In this document: positions 39,861 through 48,195 of the stretch, piece by piece | Position numbering within the stretch: the stretch's first letter is position 1 | How the letters are laid out: every line of letters starts with the position of its first letter | Assembly: GCA_964584205.1 (NCBI GenBank) | Contig: CAZOZF010000005.1 | Span: 1 to 51,501 of the forward strand | DNA: 51,501 bases | Reading direction: 5' to 3' | Source of the DNA: an uncultured Verrucomicrobiota bacterium | Lineage (GTDB): Bacteria; Verrucomicrobiota; Kiritimatiellia; CAIKKV01; CAITUY01 | Position numbers and translations under genes: made by a program | The notes under the pieces: model-generated | What the model saw: the letters and a program-made list of their open reading frames with translations, nothing else | Databases searched by the model: none | Told to the model about the DNA's origin: nothing

Positions 39861-40931
39861 ATGAATAAAGTTCAAGTGTCGATGAGTTTGATCCGTAAGC
39901 GGATTCAGCATGGGGATCATGCTCTGGAAGGATTCCCGAGCGAACGGGACCTCGCCGAGGAGACCGGCATGAGCCGGGTGACCATTCGCGCGGCCCTTCA
40001 GCAGTTGGTAAAGGAGAAGGTCCTTAAGCGGGAAAGCAACGGACGACTCACGGTGGCCGAGCAACACCGTGCCGCAGGGACCCGGCCCGTGATCGGGTTC
40101 GTGACGCCTTGCCACTTCTCTCCTGACTACGAGATCTGGAAACGGGGACTTGATGGCGCGTTGGAAGGGTGCGATGTCACGCTCCGTCCCGTGTCGTATG
40201 CGCACTGGGGGGAATCCGCCCTCAGCGATGCTTTGGCCGGCTTCGACGGTATGTTTTTCATTCCGCCATCTGAAAAGATTCCAAGCTGGTTATCCACGAA
40301 AATGAAGAGCTCCCGTTGCCGGGTGGCGGTACTGGACGAAAACGAGGTCGATGCGGGGTTGTTGTCGGTGGTCATGTTTCCGGCCCGGATGGAACGGAAA
40401 TTGTTTGAACACCTGGTGAGTCTTGGCCATCGGCGGATTGACTGTGTGAACACCCAGTCCGAGGATGAGGTGATCAAGGATCGTATCGCCCACTGGCGGG
40501 AATATCTGGCGAAGAATGGACTCAGTGGGCAATTGCGGTCGCTGACGATTCATCGGAGTATGGAGGCGGGGTATTCGCTCATTCGGGATGTCCTGCGCGA
40601 GGGGCGTCCGTTGGGAACAGCGCTGTTCTGTACGACCGGTCCGGCGGCGATTGGTGTAATGCGGGCTCTTCATGAAGCCAAGCTGGAGATTGGTAAAGAT
40701 GTGTCGGTATGCACCGTCAATGATGAGGGAATAGGCCCTTATTTGTTGAAAACCCTGACGTCCATAGAATCGCCATCCCGCGCCCGTTATCTCCGCCCCG
40801 TGGTGGAGTGGATGTTGTCAGGGAAGAAATGGCAGGGTGAGTTGTTAATCCAGCCCAAGGAAATGTCCCTCTATGCAGGGGAAAGCACGGGTCCAGCACC
40901 CAAGCTCGATAAAGTCGTCCTCGCCCAGTAG
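39861..40931 (+). CDS. GntR-LacI hybrid (AraR-like architecture) transcriptional regulator
   Basis: FPSERDLAEETGMSRVTIRAALQQLVKE winged HTH followed by a LacI-type sensor domain (HLVSLGHRRI, TALFC, IGKDVSV, LTSI). ORF is open from 39843. Confidence 0.88.
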   Translation: MNKVQVSMSLIRKRIQHGDHALEGFPSERDLAEETGMSRVTIRAALQQLVKEKVLKRESNGRLTVAEQHRAAGTRPVIGFVTPCHFSPDYEIWKRGLDGALEGCDVTLRPVSYAHWGESALSDALAGFDGMFFIPPSEKIPSWLSTKMKSSRCRVAVLDENEVDAGLLSVVMFPARMERKLFEHLVSLGHRRIDCVNTQSEDEVIKDRIAHWREYLAKNGLSGQLRSLTIHRSMEAGYSLIRDVLREGRPLGTALFCTTGPAAIGVMRALHEAKLEIGKDVSVCTVNDEGIGPYLLKTLTSIESPSRARYLRPVVEWMLSGKKWQGELLIQPKEMSLYAGESTGPAPKLDKVVLAQ

Positions 40932-41034
40932 TGGAAGCTGATGTAGTCCCGGTCTAACTTGACGGCATATGTAACTCACGACTGACGCGACGCAAGGGTG
41001 GCCTGGCGGCGATAATGCCTGTTCTTCTAAAGGG

Positions 41035-41154
41035 GCAGACCGGGGACAGGCAGCCTGTTGCGATTTCCAATGGTCCTGGCTTCAGTAGGCGCGTCTTCAG
41101 TGGTGGTTGCGCGAATATCCTGCCTATCCCAGTTAGGTCTTGCTCCTGTGAATA
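41035..41154. repeat. 120-bp repeat, copy 1 (copy 2 at 42126-42383, interrupted)
   Basis: gcagaccggggacagg...cctgttg.gattt...gttaggtcttgctcctgtgaata aligns with 42126-42156 plus 42284-42383. Confidence 0.85.
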
Positions 41155-41155
41155 C

Positions 41156-41587
41156 TCACCCCGGAAGCGAATGGGGTGGGCGAAGTTCTACCAGCAGATC
41201 CTCGGGGCCATATACTTTCGATACGGCGTGTTTGAAGTCTTTTTGGTTGCGTGTGACAATGAGCGAGGCGCCAGCCAGTCTGGCTGCCTGATCCAGGACG
41301 GCGTCTTCAAAATCCACCATCTTGCTTTGTAACGCCTCTTCCAGGACGGCCCGGGTTACGGGCGAAATTTCGAATAGTTCCAGGAGTTTCCGCAAGGTCT
41401 GGCGGGCGACTGGCCGGGGCAGGCTTTGAATGAGAAGGTAATCAAGGGTGGTGACCGTTGTTGCGCAGAGGATTCCCTCAAGTTTGGATTGCTCAATCAA
41501 CGCAAACACTTCTGATGCGGCGTATGAGAACGGGCGACGGTCCAAAAGCACGTCCAGTACGACGTTGGTGTCCATCAGCACCTTCAT
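41156..41587 (-). CDS. vapC: PIN-domain toxin (VapC-like)
   Basis: MKVLMDTNVVLDVLLDR, DFEDA, IVTRNQKDF. ATGA overlap with the antitoxin. Confidence 0.88.
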   Translation of the reverse strand: MKVLMDTNVVLDVLLDRRPFSYAASEVFALIEQSKLEGILCATTVTTLDYLLIQSLPRPVARQTLRKLLELFEISPVTRAVLEEALQSKMVDFEDAVLDQAARLAGASLIVTRNQKDFKHAVSKVYGPEDLLVELRPPHSLPG

Positions 41588-41823
41588 GAGTATTTTTCCT
41601 TCAGATGCTGCTTGTAGGAGGCCTCTGACAGATTGCGTTGCTTCAGGACCCCGAGTAAGGATGTGGTGAGGGGGGGGAGTGTCGCGGGCTTCCGTGAACT
41701 GGAGGTCAGGGAACCCAGGAACTCGCCCACCATTTTGGAGACAGATTTGCCCCTTTTGTCCGCCTCGATCTTGGCGATGTGGATCAGATCTTCGTTCATA
41801 CGCAAAGTCAGTTTTGCATTCAT
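41584..41823 (-). CDS. Ribbon-helix-helix antitoxin (DUF6364-like)
   Basis: MNAKLTLRMNEDLIHIAKIEADKRGKSVSKMV...YKQHLKEKY, directly upstream of the PIN toxin. Confidence 0.82.
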   Translation of the reverse strand: MNAKLTLRMNEDLIHIAKIEADKRGKSVSKMVGEFLGSLTSSSRKPATLPPLTTSLLGVLKQRNLSEASYKQHLKEKYS

Positions 41824-41859
41824 GACGTACACATTATAAGTGCTTGTACGTCATGTCAA
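41821..41859 (-). promoter_or_regulatory. TA promoter with perfect 11-bp inverted-repeat operator
   Basis: CATGACGTACA-N13-TGTACGTCATG. Minus strand has TTGACA with TATAAT (15 bp) or TAATGT (17 bp). The repeat covers the start codon. Confidence 0.78.
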
Positions 41860-42125
41860 CAATTCTTCCAAAAGATACTGGGTCTTTTGGGGTATCACTT
41901 TGCGGGGATAGTATTGCTCAATAATATGACACGCCTCGCCAACTGTCTTTATGCCCAAGTGGGCGAGCAGAAACTTCGTGTCATCCAGGTCATGCGAGTC
42001 AAAGCGGGCTGATACACATTTCATTGCAAGCATATATTCGGCTTGTGGCGCCCAGACCCGGAGATTGGACATTTCCACGACATCCCGAATCGGCGGAGCT
42101 GTGAGGAAGTATCCTTTGGCGGCAA
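41851..42125 (-). pseudogene. 5'-truncated DUF6036-like nucleotidyltransferase
   Basis: AAKGY...PQAEYMLAMKCVSAR..HDLDDTKFL resembles the C-terminal half of the family. The N-terminus is replaced by the repeat starting at 42126. Confidence 0.65.
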
Positions 42126-42383
42126 GCAGACCGGGGACAGGTAGTCTGTTGAGATTACGCTGAAAACCCCCATACCGACGGTCCGCGAGGCCGCGGACCC
42201 TCCCAAGATTCTTCAAATGGCGGGCTTTTTCAGTACGGGAGGGACGGCGGCCTCGCCGTCCGTCGCGGTTTTTCAGCGGAATCCTGTTGAGATTTTCAAT
42301 GGTCCCGGTTTCAGTAGGCCCGTCTTCAGCGGTGGTTGCTCGAATATCCTGCCTATCCCGGTTAGGTCTTGCTCCTGTGAATA
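42126..42383. repeat. 120-bp repeat, copy 2, split by a MITE-like insertion
   Basis: Aligns to 41035-41154 on both sides of the insert. CTGTTGAGATT is duplicated at 42146-42156 and 42284-42294. Confidence 0.8.
42153..42283. mobile_element. MITE/REPIN-like non-autonomous element
   Basis: 17-bp terminal inverted repeats gattacgctgaaaaccc / ggtttttcagcggaatc (2 mismatches). Internal inverted GC-rich hairpins end in ccctccc / gggaggg. Confidence 0.65.
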
Positions 42384-42457
42384 GTGCATAACCCATTTAG
42401 CATGGGTGATTGTAAAACGCTCTCTCTCGTTCAGCACCTGTGGCGCAGTCACTGAGG

Positions 42458-42670
42458 GTAGAGTCCCGATCAACCGGCGGGATGCTCTCGCCCGCCTACG
42501 ACAGAAGACACAGGCTCCCCGGCTGTCGCCGGGAAAGCCTGTCCTACAAGGTGGAAACGATATAGGGTGTGCTTCCACAGTGTAGGACACGCTTCCCGTA
42601 TGTCGGGAGCGTGTGGATGAGGGGCCGGTCAGGCGACGATCAAGACACAGGCTCCCCGGCTGTCGCCGGG
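42458..42670. repeat. Cluster of GTAG-type REP hairpins with a 29-bp exact direct repeat
   Basis: aagacacaggctccccggctgtcgccggg at 42505-42533 and 42642-42670. Hairpins are bounded by gtag / cctac. Confidence 0.7.
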
Positions 42671-42684
42671 GGTCTTTGTTGAAC

Positions 42685-42712
42685 TTGCCTGAATCGGTAT
42701 GGCGAGTATACT
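42685..42712 (+). promoter_or_regulatory. Promoter for a probably leaderless nucleotidyltransferase operon
   Basis: TTGCCT-16 bp-TATACT, 7 nt before ATG 42720, no SD. Confidence 0.6.
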
Positions 42713-42719
42713 GGGATTC

Positions 42720-43271
42720 ATGAACAAGTCGGAACTACTGGGATATTTGGAACGGTTGGATCAATCTCTCAAGGCGCCGGCAACGCTTCATATTTATGGA
42801 AGTGCCGCCTTCATGCTTTTGGATGAGCCGGAGCGGACCAGTTTGGACATCGATGTGGCGGCCGCGTATTCGATGGTCGATGTGGGAGATCTCCGGCAGG
42901 CCGCCGCCGTCGCAGGGATACCGCTGAATCCTCCCGACGATTATGCGTCGGATCACTTGGAATGGATCTCCGCGCTCAGGCTGTGTCTTGCAAAACCAAA
43001 TCCGGAAACAGATCTGTTACTCTGGCGGGGAGAAAAGCTGACGATCAAGACGGGTTCGATACCTCAACTCATGGCCAGCAAGTTGATCCGATATGATGAA
43101 ATTGACAGGAGCGATGTCCAATATCTGTATCGCCAGACATCGGTGGATATTGCCGCGGTTGCCGCCGCTGTAGATCAGTTGCCGCCGTCTTTCAATCGGG
43201 ACCCGTTGGTCCTGGAGAATCTGGAGAACCTCAAGGTCGATATGAAGCTGTGGTCGGGCGGTGAGCCGTGA
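42720..43271 (+). CDS. DUF6036/AbiEii-like nucleotidyltransferase (putative toxin)
   Basis: IYGSAAFMLL..PERTSLDIDV motif; LMASKL.R..EIDRSDV C-terminal motif. Confidence 0.75.
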   Translation: MNKSELLGYLERLDQSLKAPATLHIYGSAAFMLLDEPERTSLDIDVAAAYSMVDVGDLRQAAAVAGIPLNPPDDYASDHLEWISALRLCLAKPNPETDLLLWRGEKLTIKTGSIPQLMASKLIRYDEIDRSDVQYLYRQTSVDIAAVAAAVDQLPPSFNRDPLVLENLENLKVDMKLWSGGEP

Positions 43272-43615
43272 CCTCGCGCGAACGCCTGCAGTTGGCCTAT
43301 GAACTCGCCTTCTACCCGCCTCGCCTGAACGAGGTGTGGAGGGGGATCGTGAAACACCCGGAGACAATGAATGGGGAACTGGGCGATGTTTTGGATCAGG
43401 CGTGGTTGTTACATCAGGCGCTACCAGAACGGGGCTATGCTTCCCAGCGCGCCTTAAACAGGTTGGCACTGTACCAGGCGAGGTCTCGTGCGTTTGGCAT
43501 GGTGACATTCTTGCGGAATATCCGCAGGCATTTGGGGCGGCCGTTGATAGATACGCATGTCGTTCCCGGGAGCATGGTGAGGGACATAGGTTTGCCGCCG
43601 ATACACCGCTCCTAA
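43268..43615 (+). CDS. Hypothetical helical protein coupled to the nucleotidyltransferase
   Basis: GTGA start/stop overlap; 115 aa; fills the gap up to the convergent vapC. Confidence 0.7.
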   Translation: MTSRERLQLAYELAFYPPRLNEVWRGIVKHPETMNGELGDVLDQAWLLHQALPERGYASQRALNRLALYQARSRAFGMVTFLRNIRRHLGRPLIDTHVVPGSMVRDIGLPPIHRS

Positions 43616-43623
43616 TTCCCTTG

Positions 43624-44061
43624 TCAAGGTTCGGATAGACGGTTGACGAGATCCGGAGCGAGACGGCGGAAATCATGGAGATTGAAGGTGTAGATTCGAT
43701 CGGCCTGGGATTGGCGCGCGCATTCAAGTAACAGCGCGTCGTATACTTTGCCACCTCCCAGTCCGCGCCCGACGCAGATTTCCATCGCACGAGCATACAT
43801 TTCTGGCGTGACTGCCACGAGTTGGAAGTGCCTCCTGATATTGGTGGCGATGATATCCCTCGCTTCGGAAGGCAGGATCCGCGGGATGATTGGTGCTGAA
43901 GACAGCGCGGAGAATGTCTCCGCCAGGCTATGGACGGAAATAAACCCGATCTCCTTGCCGCTGGCGATGGACTCCAGGAGAGGGTGAGCCCGCTCATAAT
44001 GTGGATGTTTACGAATGCAGGCGGCAACCAACACGGAAGTGTCGCAGAATGCTGTCATCAT
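43624..44061 (-). CDS. vapC: PIN-domain toxin (VapC)
   Basis: FCDTSVLVAA, HSLAE, GGKVYDALL, IYTFNLHDF. Confidence 0.9.
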   Translation of the reverse strand: MMTAFCDTSVLVAACIRKHPHYERAHPLLESIASGKEIGFISVHSLAETFSALSSAPIIPRILPSEARDIIATNIRRHFQLVAVTPEMYARAMEICVGRGLGGGKVYDALLLECARQSQADRIYTFNLHDFRRLAPDLVNRLSEP

Positions 44062-44321
44062 CGTAGTCCCAGAACGTCTGCATCGCGAGCGGATCGGCTC
44101 CCGGAAACAGCCTTGGTCAGGTCACCCGTTGGTTCGCCTTCATGCACGAGTAAACCGCCCTCTTCGATGAGATATGCCTTTTGATTTTGGGCATGGAGGA
44201 ATATGCCATCGGGCAAGATTTGAAGATCAAGACGATCCCCTGCAACAAGGTTAAATTGCCGTCGAACCGCTTGAGGGAGAACCACTCTTCCCGCTTTATC
44301 AATACTCAGTTCAGTCTTCAT
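44058..44321 (-). CDS. vapB: AbrB/MazE/SpoVT-family antitoxin
   Basis: MKTELSIDKAGRVVLPQAVRRQFNLVAGDRL. ATGA overlap with vapC. Confidence 0.88.
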   Translation of the reverse strand: MKTELSIDKAGRVVLPQAVRRQFNLVAGDRLDLQILPDGIFLHAQNQKAYLIEEGGLLVHEGEPTGDLTKAVSGSRSARDADVLGLR

Positions 44322-44357
44322 GCCATTGATAATGCCAAATGGCATATTTGATGGCAA
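44320..44357 (-). promoter_or_regulatory. vapBC promoter/operator with four TGCCA half-sites
   Basis: atgccattgataatgccaaatggcatatttgatggcaa. Minus strand TTGCCA-17 bp-CATTAT, 7 nt before the ATG. Confidence 0.7.
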
Positions 44358-44594
44358 TTATTTTCATTCGTGATCCCGTAATCGAAATGGAGGTCGCTCC
44401 CCACTCCGCTAAAACGATTCGCATCACAAACCCAGGAAAATGACTTTTGTGAAAATACCGAAATTGGTAGTATATTCATTTGACGCATGATGTGTCGGAG
44501 TGATAGGTTCATTGATAGGTTTACTACGAATGGCTTAAATGGGGTTCGCAAAAAGGGATATGATAAGACGACTCTTTTCCACGGAGGTATTAGC

Positions 44595-46139
44595 ATGCGT
44601 ACACTGAAGATTCTCAGTCTCGGATTGTTTGTGGTAGGGGGCTTGGTGTTGCAGGATGGAGTGATTGCGGCGCCCACACAGGGCCGTCCCGTTGTTCCTG
44701 GGGTTGACATTCAGGCGATTCTGGACAAGGGACAGGACCTGTTGCTTCAGCCGGGCAGGATCTATCCGGTTAAGTCCACCCTGAAATTCAAGGTGCCTAA
44801 CCAGAGCATCAGCACCTTCGGGGCCACAAACTTGTCGGACTACGCGGTGCTTCGGATTGACGAACCAACCTGTGCGCAACTGGTGAACGGAAACAACCAG
44901 GATGGGGTGAGGCTGGAACGATTGGTGCTGGATGGGAACCGCTATCAATTGTCCAGCATGGGGCTTTCCAACGAGGGTGGCGCGGCCCTGGTGCATTTCG
45001 GGGGCGGGCACGTCAAGAACCAGATGGTTCGCAACTGCGTGTTGATGAGTACGCGAAGTTGGTCCTCGCTCAAGTTCCATGAGGGGGGTACTGGACTCCG
45101 GGCGGAATCGAATATCATTCTCGGCGCGGGCAGCGATATCCATGGCAACGGGCGCGACGGTCGTGAACGCGCGCCGGGCTGGGGGGACGGCATCACCTGC
45201 GCGGCACGCGGATCCGTCATCCGGGATAACCTGATCATTGATCCAACGGACGGGGCGGTTGTGGTGTTCGGAGCCCCGGGCACCCTCGTGGCGGACAACG
45301 TGATCGCATCCATTTCCCGCGAGTCGCTCGGTGGGGTTAACATGGTGGATCCCCTCCATTTTTATGCCGTGCCGGGAACCACCAACCGGACGGACTACGG
45401 GGGTACCGTGGTGCGGGACAACCTGTTCGATGCCTTTGGCGCGAGAATTCACATCACGATACCGATGGGAGGGGCGGTTTGGGCGCCCAAGAATCTTGGA
45501 CAGATCCTGGTGGGGGCTTCGGTAGTCAACAACACGATTCGTGGCGGGGCGGCAGCCTATGGCCTGGTGGCACATGAGATTGACGGGTTCACCATCACGG
45601 GTAATGTGTCGACTGCCTCCTACTCGGGAATTGCCGAAGGAAAGGGGCCGAAACTTCCGCCGGATGATCCGGGGCCATTCCTGTACACGGCGGATGCTGT
45701 GGGGAACAGCGTCCTGCAATCGGAATTCAAGCCCGCGCAGCGGCATCTGCAGCACCTGCTCCGCTGCAATCACGCCAAGCCGAACATGCTGGGCTACAAG
45801 GCCTATACCTATGGCGAAGCGGAGGCCAGGGCGATCGTGCAGGCGGCCTATGGTGAGATGCTGGGGCGAAAGCCCGGTTGGCGTGAGGCTGCCTATGCGG
45901 TCAAGTGGTTGAATGAAGCCAAGGCCAACGGCGACGAACTGCGCCGGAGCCTGATGATGTCCAGGGAATTCACGTCGCGATTCGGTTTCGTTCCACCGGA
46001 GGAACTGCATCCGTATCGAATCCAGCTGTGGTTGGGGACGCTCGACCAAGTGCGCCGGGATTATTATGGCAAGCATGGGGAGTTTCCGTCAGCCAAGGAA
46101 CTGTACGGAAAGTCACTGAGCAGGATCTGTCGACGGTAG
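44595..46139 (+). CDS. Secreted right-handed beta-helix protein with a DUF4214-like C-terminal helical domain
   Basis: GGAGG RBS, signal peptide, beta-helix coils (WGDGITCAARGSVIRDNLIIDPTDGAVVVFGAPGTLVADNVI), C-terminal AYGEMLGRKP...MSREF. Confidence 0.75.
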   Translation: MRTLKILSLGLFVVGGLVLQDGVIAAPTQGRPVVPGVDIQAILDKGQDLLLQPGRIYPVKSTLKFKVPNQSISTFGATNLSDYAVLRIDEPTCAQLVNGNNQDGVRLERLVLDGNRYQLSSMGLSNEGGAALVHFGGGHVKNQMVRNCVLMSTRSWSSLKFHEGGTGLRAESNIILGAGSDIHGNGRDGRERAPGWGDGITCAARGSVIRDNLIIDPTDGAVVVFGAPGTLVADNVIASISRESLGGVNMVDPLHFYAVPGTTNRTDYGGTVVRDNLFDAFGARIHITIPMGGAVWAPKNLGQILVGASVVNNTIRGGAAAYGLVAHEIDGFTITGNVSTASYSGIAEGKGPKLPPDDPGPFLYTADAVGNSVLQSEFKPAQRHLQHLLRCNHAKPNMLGYKAYTYGEAEARAIVQAAYGEMLGRKPGWREAAYAVKWLNEAKANGDELRRSLMMSREFTSRFGFVPPEELHPYRIQLWLGTLDQVRRDYYGKHGEFPSAKELYGKSLSRICRR

Positions 46140-46149
46140 CCCGCAAGAC

Positions 46150-46245
46150 TTGGAGCCGGAGTTGCCCTCGCCCACGGCGGATGGGTGGGCTGTGAGTCCC
46201 ATCAAGTTCTCTTCCCCTTGGAACGTCAACACCTGGGGCGGGGGG
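46150..46245 (+). pseudogene. Internal fragment of a GH2 gene homologous to 7124-7219
   Basis: PELPSPTADGWAVSPIKFSSPWNVNTWGGG versus PELTPPQAGRWSATPIKIPSHWNVNTWGGG, with a 24-nt exact DNA match. Confidence 0.8.
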
Positions 46246-46508
46246 ATGCTCGCCGTATCCAGTTTGGAACCGGATTACGGCTCCGGTGAGCCAGGCAATG
46301 TGACGGCGGTTGTTCGGCAACATGGGGGGGCAAGTTGTTGCCTCCCAAAGGCCATGAGGCAAAGGGAGCGGGAAAGGGCTAAAAACATGACCTTCTCCTA
46401 AATGGTCGCATGGAGTAACGTGAGGTGAGAAATAATTTCTGCCAGAAGATCTCGCGTATGATGGAGGGTGACTGGACGCCGCGGCGCGTCTCGTGTTACG
46501 GTTTGCAA

Positions 46509-48188
46509 ATGTGGTTCCGTTGTCATGTCATATTGGTGATTGGTTTCTTCCTGCTCCGTGCCGCGCTGGCTGACGGCCTGCCACCGCCACAGGTGGTAGG
46601 CCTCTGGGTTGATGGGCGCCCGGTATCGTTGGGAGTGCCAGAGGCAGGGCACGCGCCCGCCATCAGGATCCCGTCCGGATATGTGCGGATCGAGTTTGGC
46701 GCGCGGGCGAAGGATCAAGGCCGGGCGAGACGTTTCCGGTGCAAGTTGGAGGGCCTTGATGGTGACTGGTCGGAGGCCAGGGAACCGATGCGCCTAGTCA
46801 TGGTCTTCAGTGACGAGCACGATAACTGGCTCTCTGAAGTCTCCTTTCCAGCCAGGGGGGAGAGTCCCGGATGGAGGGGAACGGTGGGCAATTCGTCCTT
46901 GGTGTCACGGAACGAACTTGTCCGGGTGCCGGAACGGGCCAGGACCTGTTTTGTTGTCCTGTCCTCAGCCGGGCCGGCCGCTGTAGTCGGCACGATGGCC
47001 ATTGGAGCGTTGACGGTGTCACTGTCGGGGAAAGGGGTGGAGTCCAAGCCGCTTCTGGAGATGATCGATTCCGATCCTGTTGCAGGCGCGTTGGGTATTC
47101 CCCACGGGTGGCACCGGAGTGGCACGCGTCCCAACATGGCCCATGTCGTTGAGTCCTTGACGGTTCCCCCTGGCAAGTTGCTGGCCGTGATTGACGAGGA
47201 TGACAAGGCGCACGCCGAATGGCAGAGCCCGCGGATCAGCATCGGTGATGCAGTTGGAAAGTTTCTCAGGGTGGAATGGTTGCAGTGTTTCAGTATCGGC
47301 TATGCAGAGACGACAAGCGCTGTCGTCTTTGGTTCCCTGGAACCCGGCAGGTATGTGTTCCGGATAAACGAGTTGAGCCTGTCGGGGCAGCGCACCGAGG
47401 TGGAGTCTTCACAGGTCCTGATCGTTGTGGCGCCGTTCTGGAACCGGGCGTGGTTTCTGGTGTTGTGCGGCATGGTGGCCGGCGCGCTGGGTCTCGGCGC
47501 GTTCCGTTATTATTCGTGGCGGCGAACGCGGCGTGAGCTGGCCGCCATGCGGCAGCAGGAGGCATTGGCCCAGGAGCGGATGCGGATCGCGCGTGACTTG
47601 CATGATGATTTGGGCTCGACCCTGACTCAGATCCTGATGCTGGCCCAAGCCATGGAGGATGAAGGGCCTGTCACTCAGGATGAGGTCCGCACCCTGTTGA
47701 AGCAAATCCACGGCTCCGCCCTGGCGATGACGGTCTCGATGGATGAGATCGTCTGGGCCTTGAGCCCGAAAAATGACCGGCTCGACCATCTGGTGGCCTA
47801 CCTGATCGCCTATGCTCAGACCTTCCTGGGGAACGCGAAAGTCGGTTTCCGGTCGACGCGCTCGGACGGATTGAGCGACACCACGGTGCCCTCGCCGGTC
47901 CGGCATCATCTCTTCCTTTCGTTCAAGGAGGCGCTGGCGAATGCAGTGCGGCATGCGAAGTGCCGGACCGTCTTCGTCTCCTTTGTCCGGGACAAGGACG
48001 AGCTGTTGCTGACTGTGAAGGATGACGGGGCCGGGTTTGATCCTGCCGGGTTGACGGAGCCGGGGAACGGCCTGGAGAACATGAGGCAGCGGATGGCGGA
48101 GGTGCAAGGTGAATACCGGGTCGATAGCCGCCCCGGAGCGGGAACGAGCGTACAGTTTCGCATTCCGCTGGCGGGGTTGAGCAGTTAG
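46509..48188 (+). CDS. Membrane sensor histidine kinase (HisKA_3 type) with a split Y_Y_Y domain
   Basis: ERMRIARDLHDDLGSTL, KEALANAVRHA, DDGAGFD, GNGLENMRQR. TM helix after PFWNRAWF. Start uncertain; ORF is open from 46425. Confidence 0.9.
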   Translation: MWFRCHVILVIGFFLLRAALADGLPPPQVVGLWVDGRPVSLGVPEAGHAPAIRIPSGYVRIEFGARAKDQGRARRFRCKLEGLDGDWSEAREPMRLVMVFSDEHDNWLSEVSFPARGESPGWRGTVGNSSLVSRNELVRVPERARTCFVVLSSAGPAAVVGTMAIGALTVSLSGKGVESKPLLEMIDSDPVAGALGIPHGWHRSGTRPNMAHVVESLTVPPGKLLAVIDEDDKAHAEWQSPRISIGDAVGKFLRVEWLQCFSIGYAETTSAVVFGSLEPGRYVFRINELSLSGQRTEVESSQVLIVVAPFWNRAWFLVLCGMVAGALGLGAFRYYSWRRTRRELAAMRQQEALAQERMRIARDLHDDLGSTLTQILMLAQAMEDEGPVTQDEVRTLLKQIHGSALAMTVSMDEIVWALSPKNDRLDHLVAYLIAYAQTFLGNAKVGFRSTRSDGLSDTTVPSPVRHHLFLSFKEALANAVRHAKCRTVFVSFVRDKDELLLTVKDDGAGFDPAGLTEPGNGLENMRQRMAEVQGEYRVDSRPGAGTSVQFRIPLAGLSS

Positions 48189-48195
48189 GGGATTT

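Noticed and set aside
40952-41138. Integron attC-like boxes (GTCTAAC at 40952, GTTAGGT at 41132) beside TA genes
   Set aside because: The span of about 187 bp is too long, there is no internal palindrome or L boxes, and no integrase is in the window.
41851-42396. 181-aa minus-strand ORF as an intact gene
   Set aside because: Its N-terminal half is translated repeat/MITE sequence; only 41851-42125 is protein-like.
42505-42670. 29-bp direct repeat as a mini-CRISPR
   Set aside because: Only two copies, a 108-bp spacer that itself contains hairpins, and no cas genes. Better explained as REP.
43017-44027. 336-aa minus-strand ORF
   Set aside because: Overlaps vapC out of frame and the NTase operon antisense; low-complexity Ser/Pro/Arg composition.
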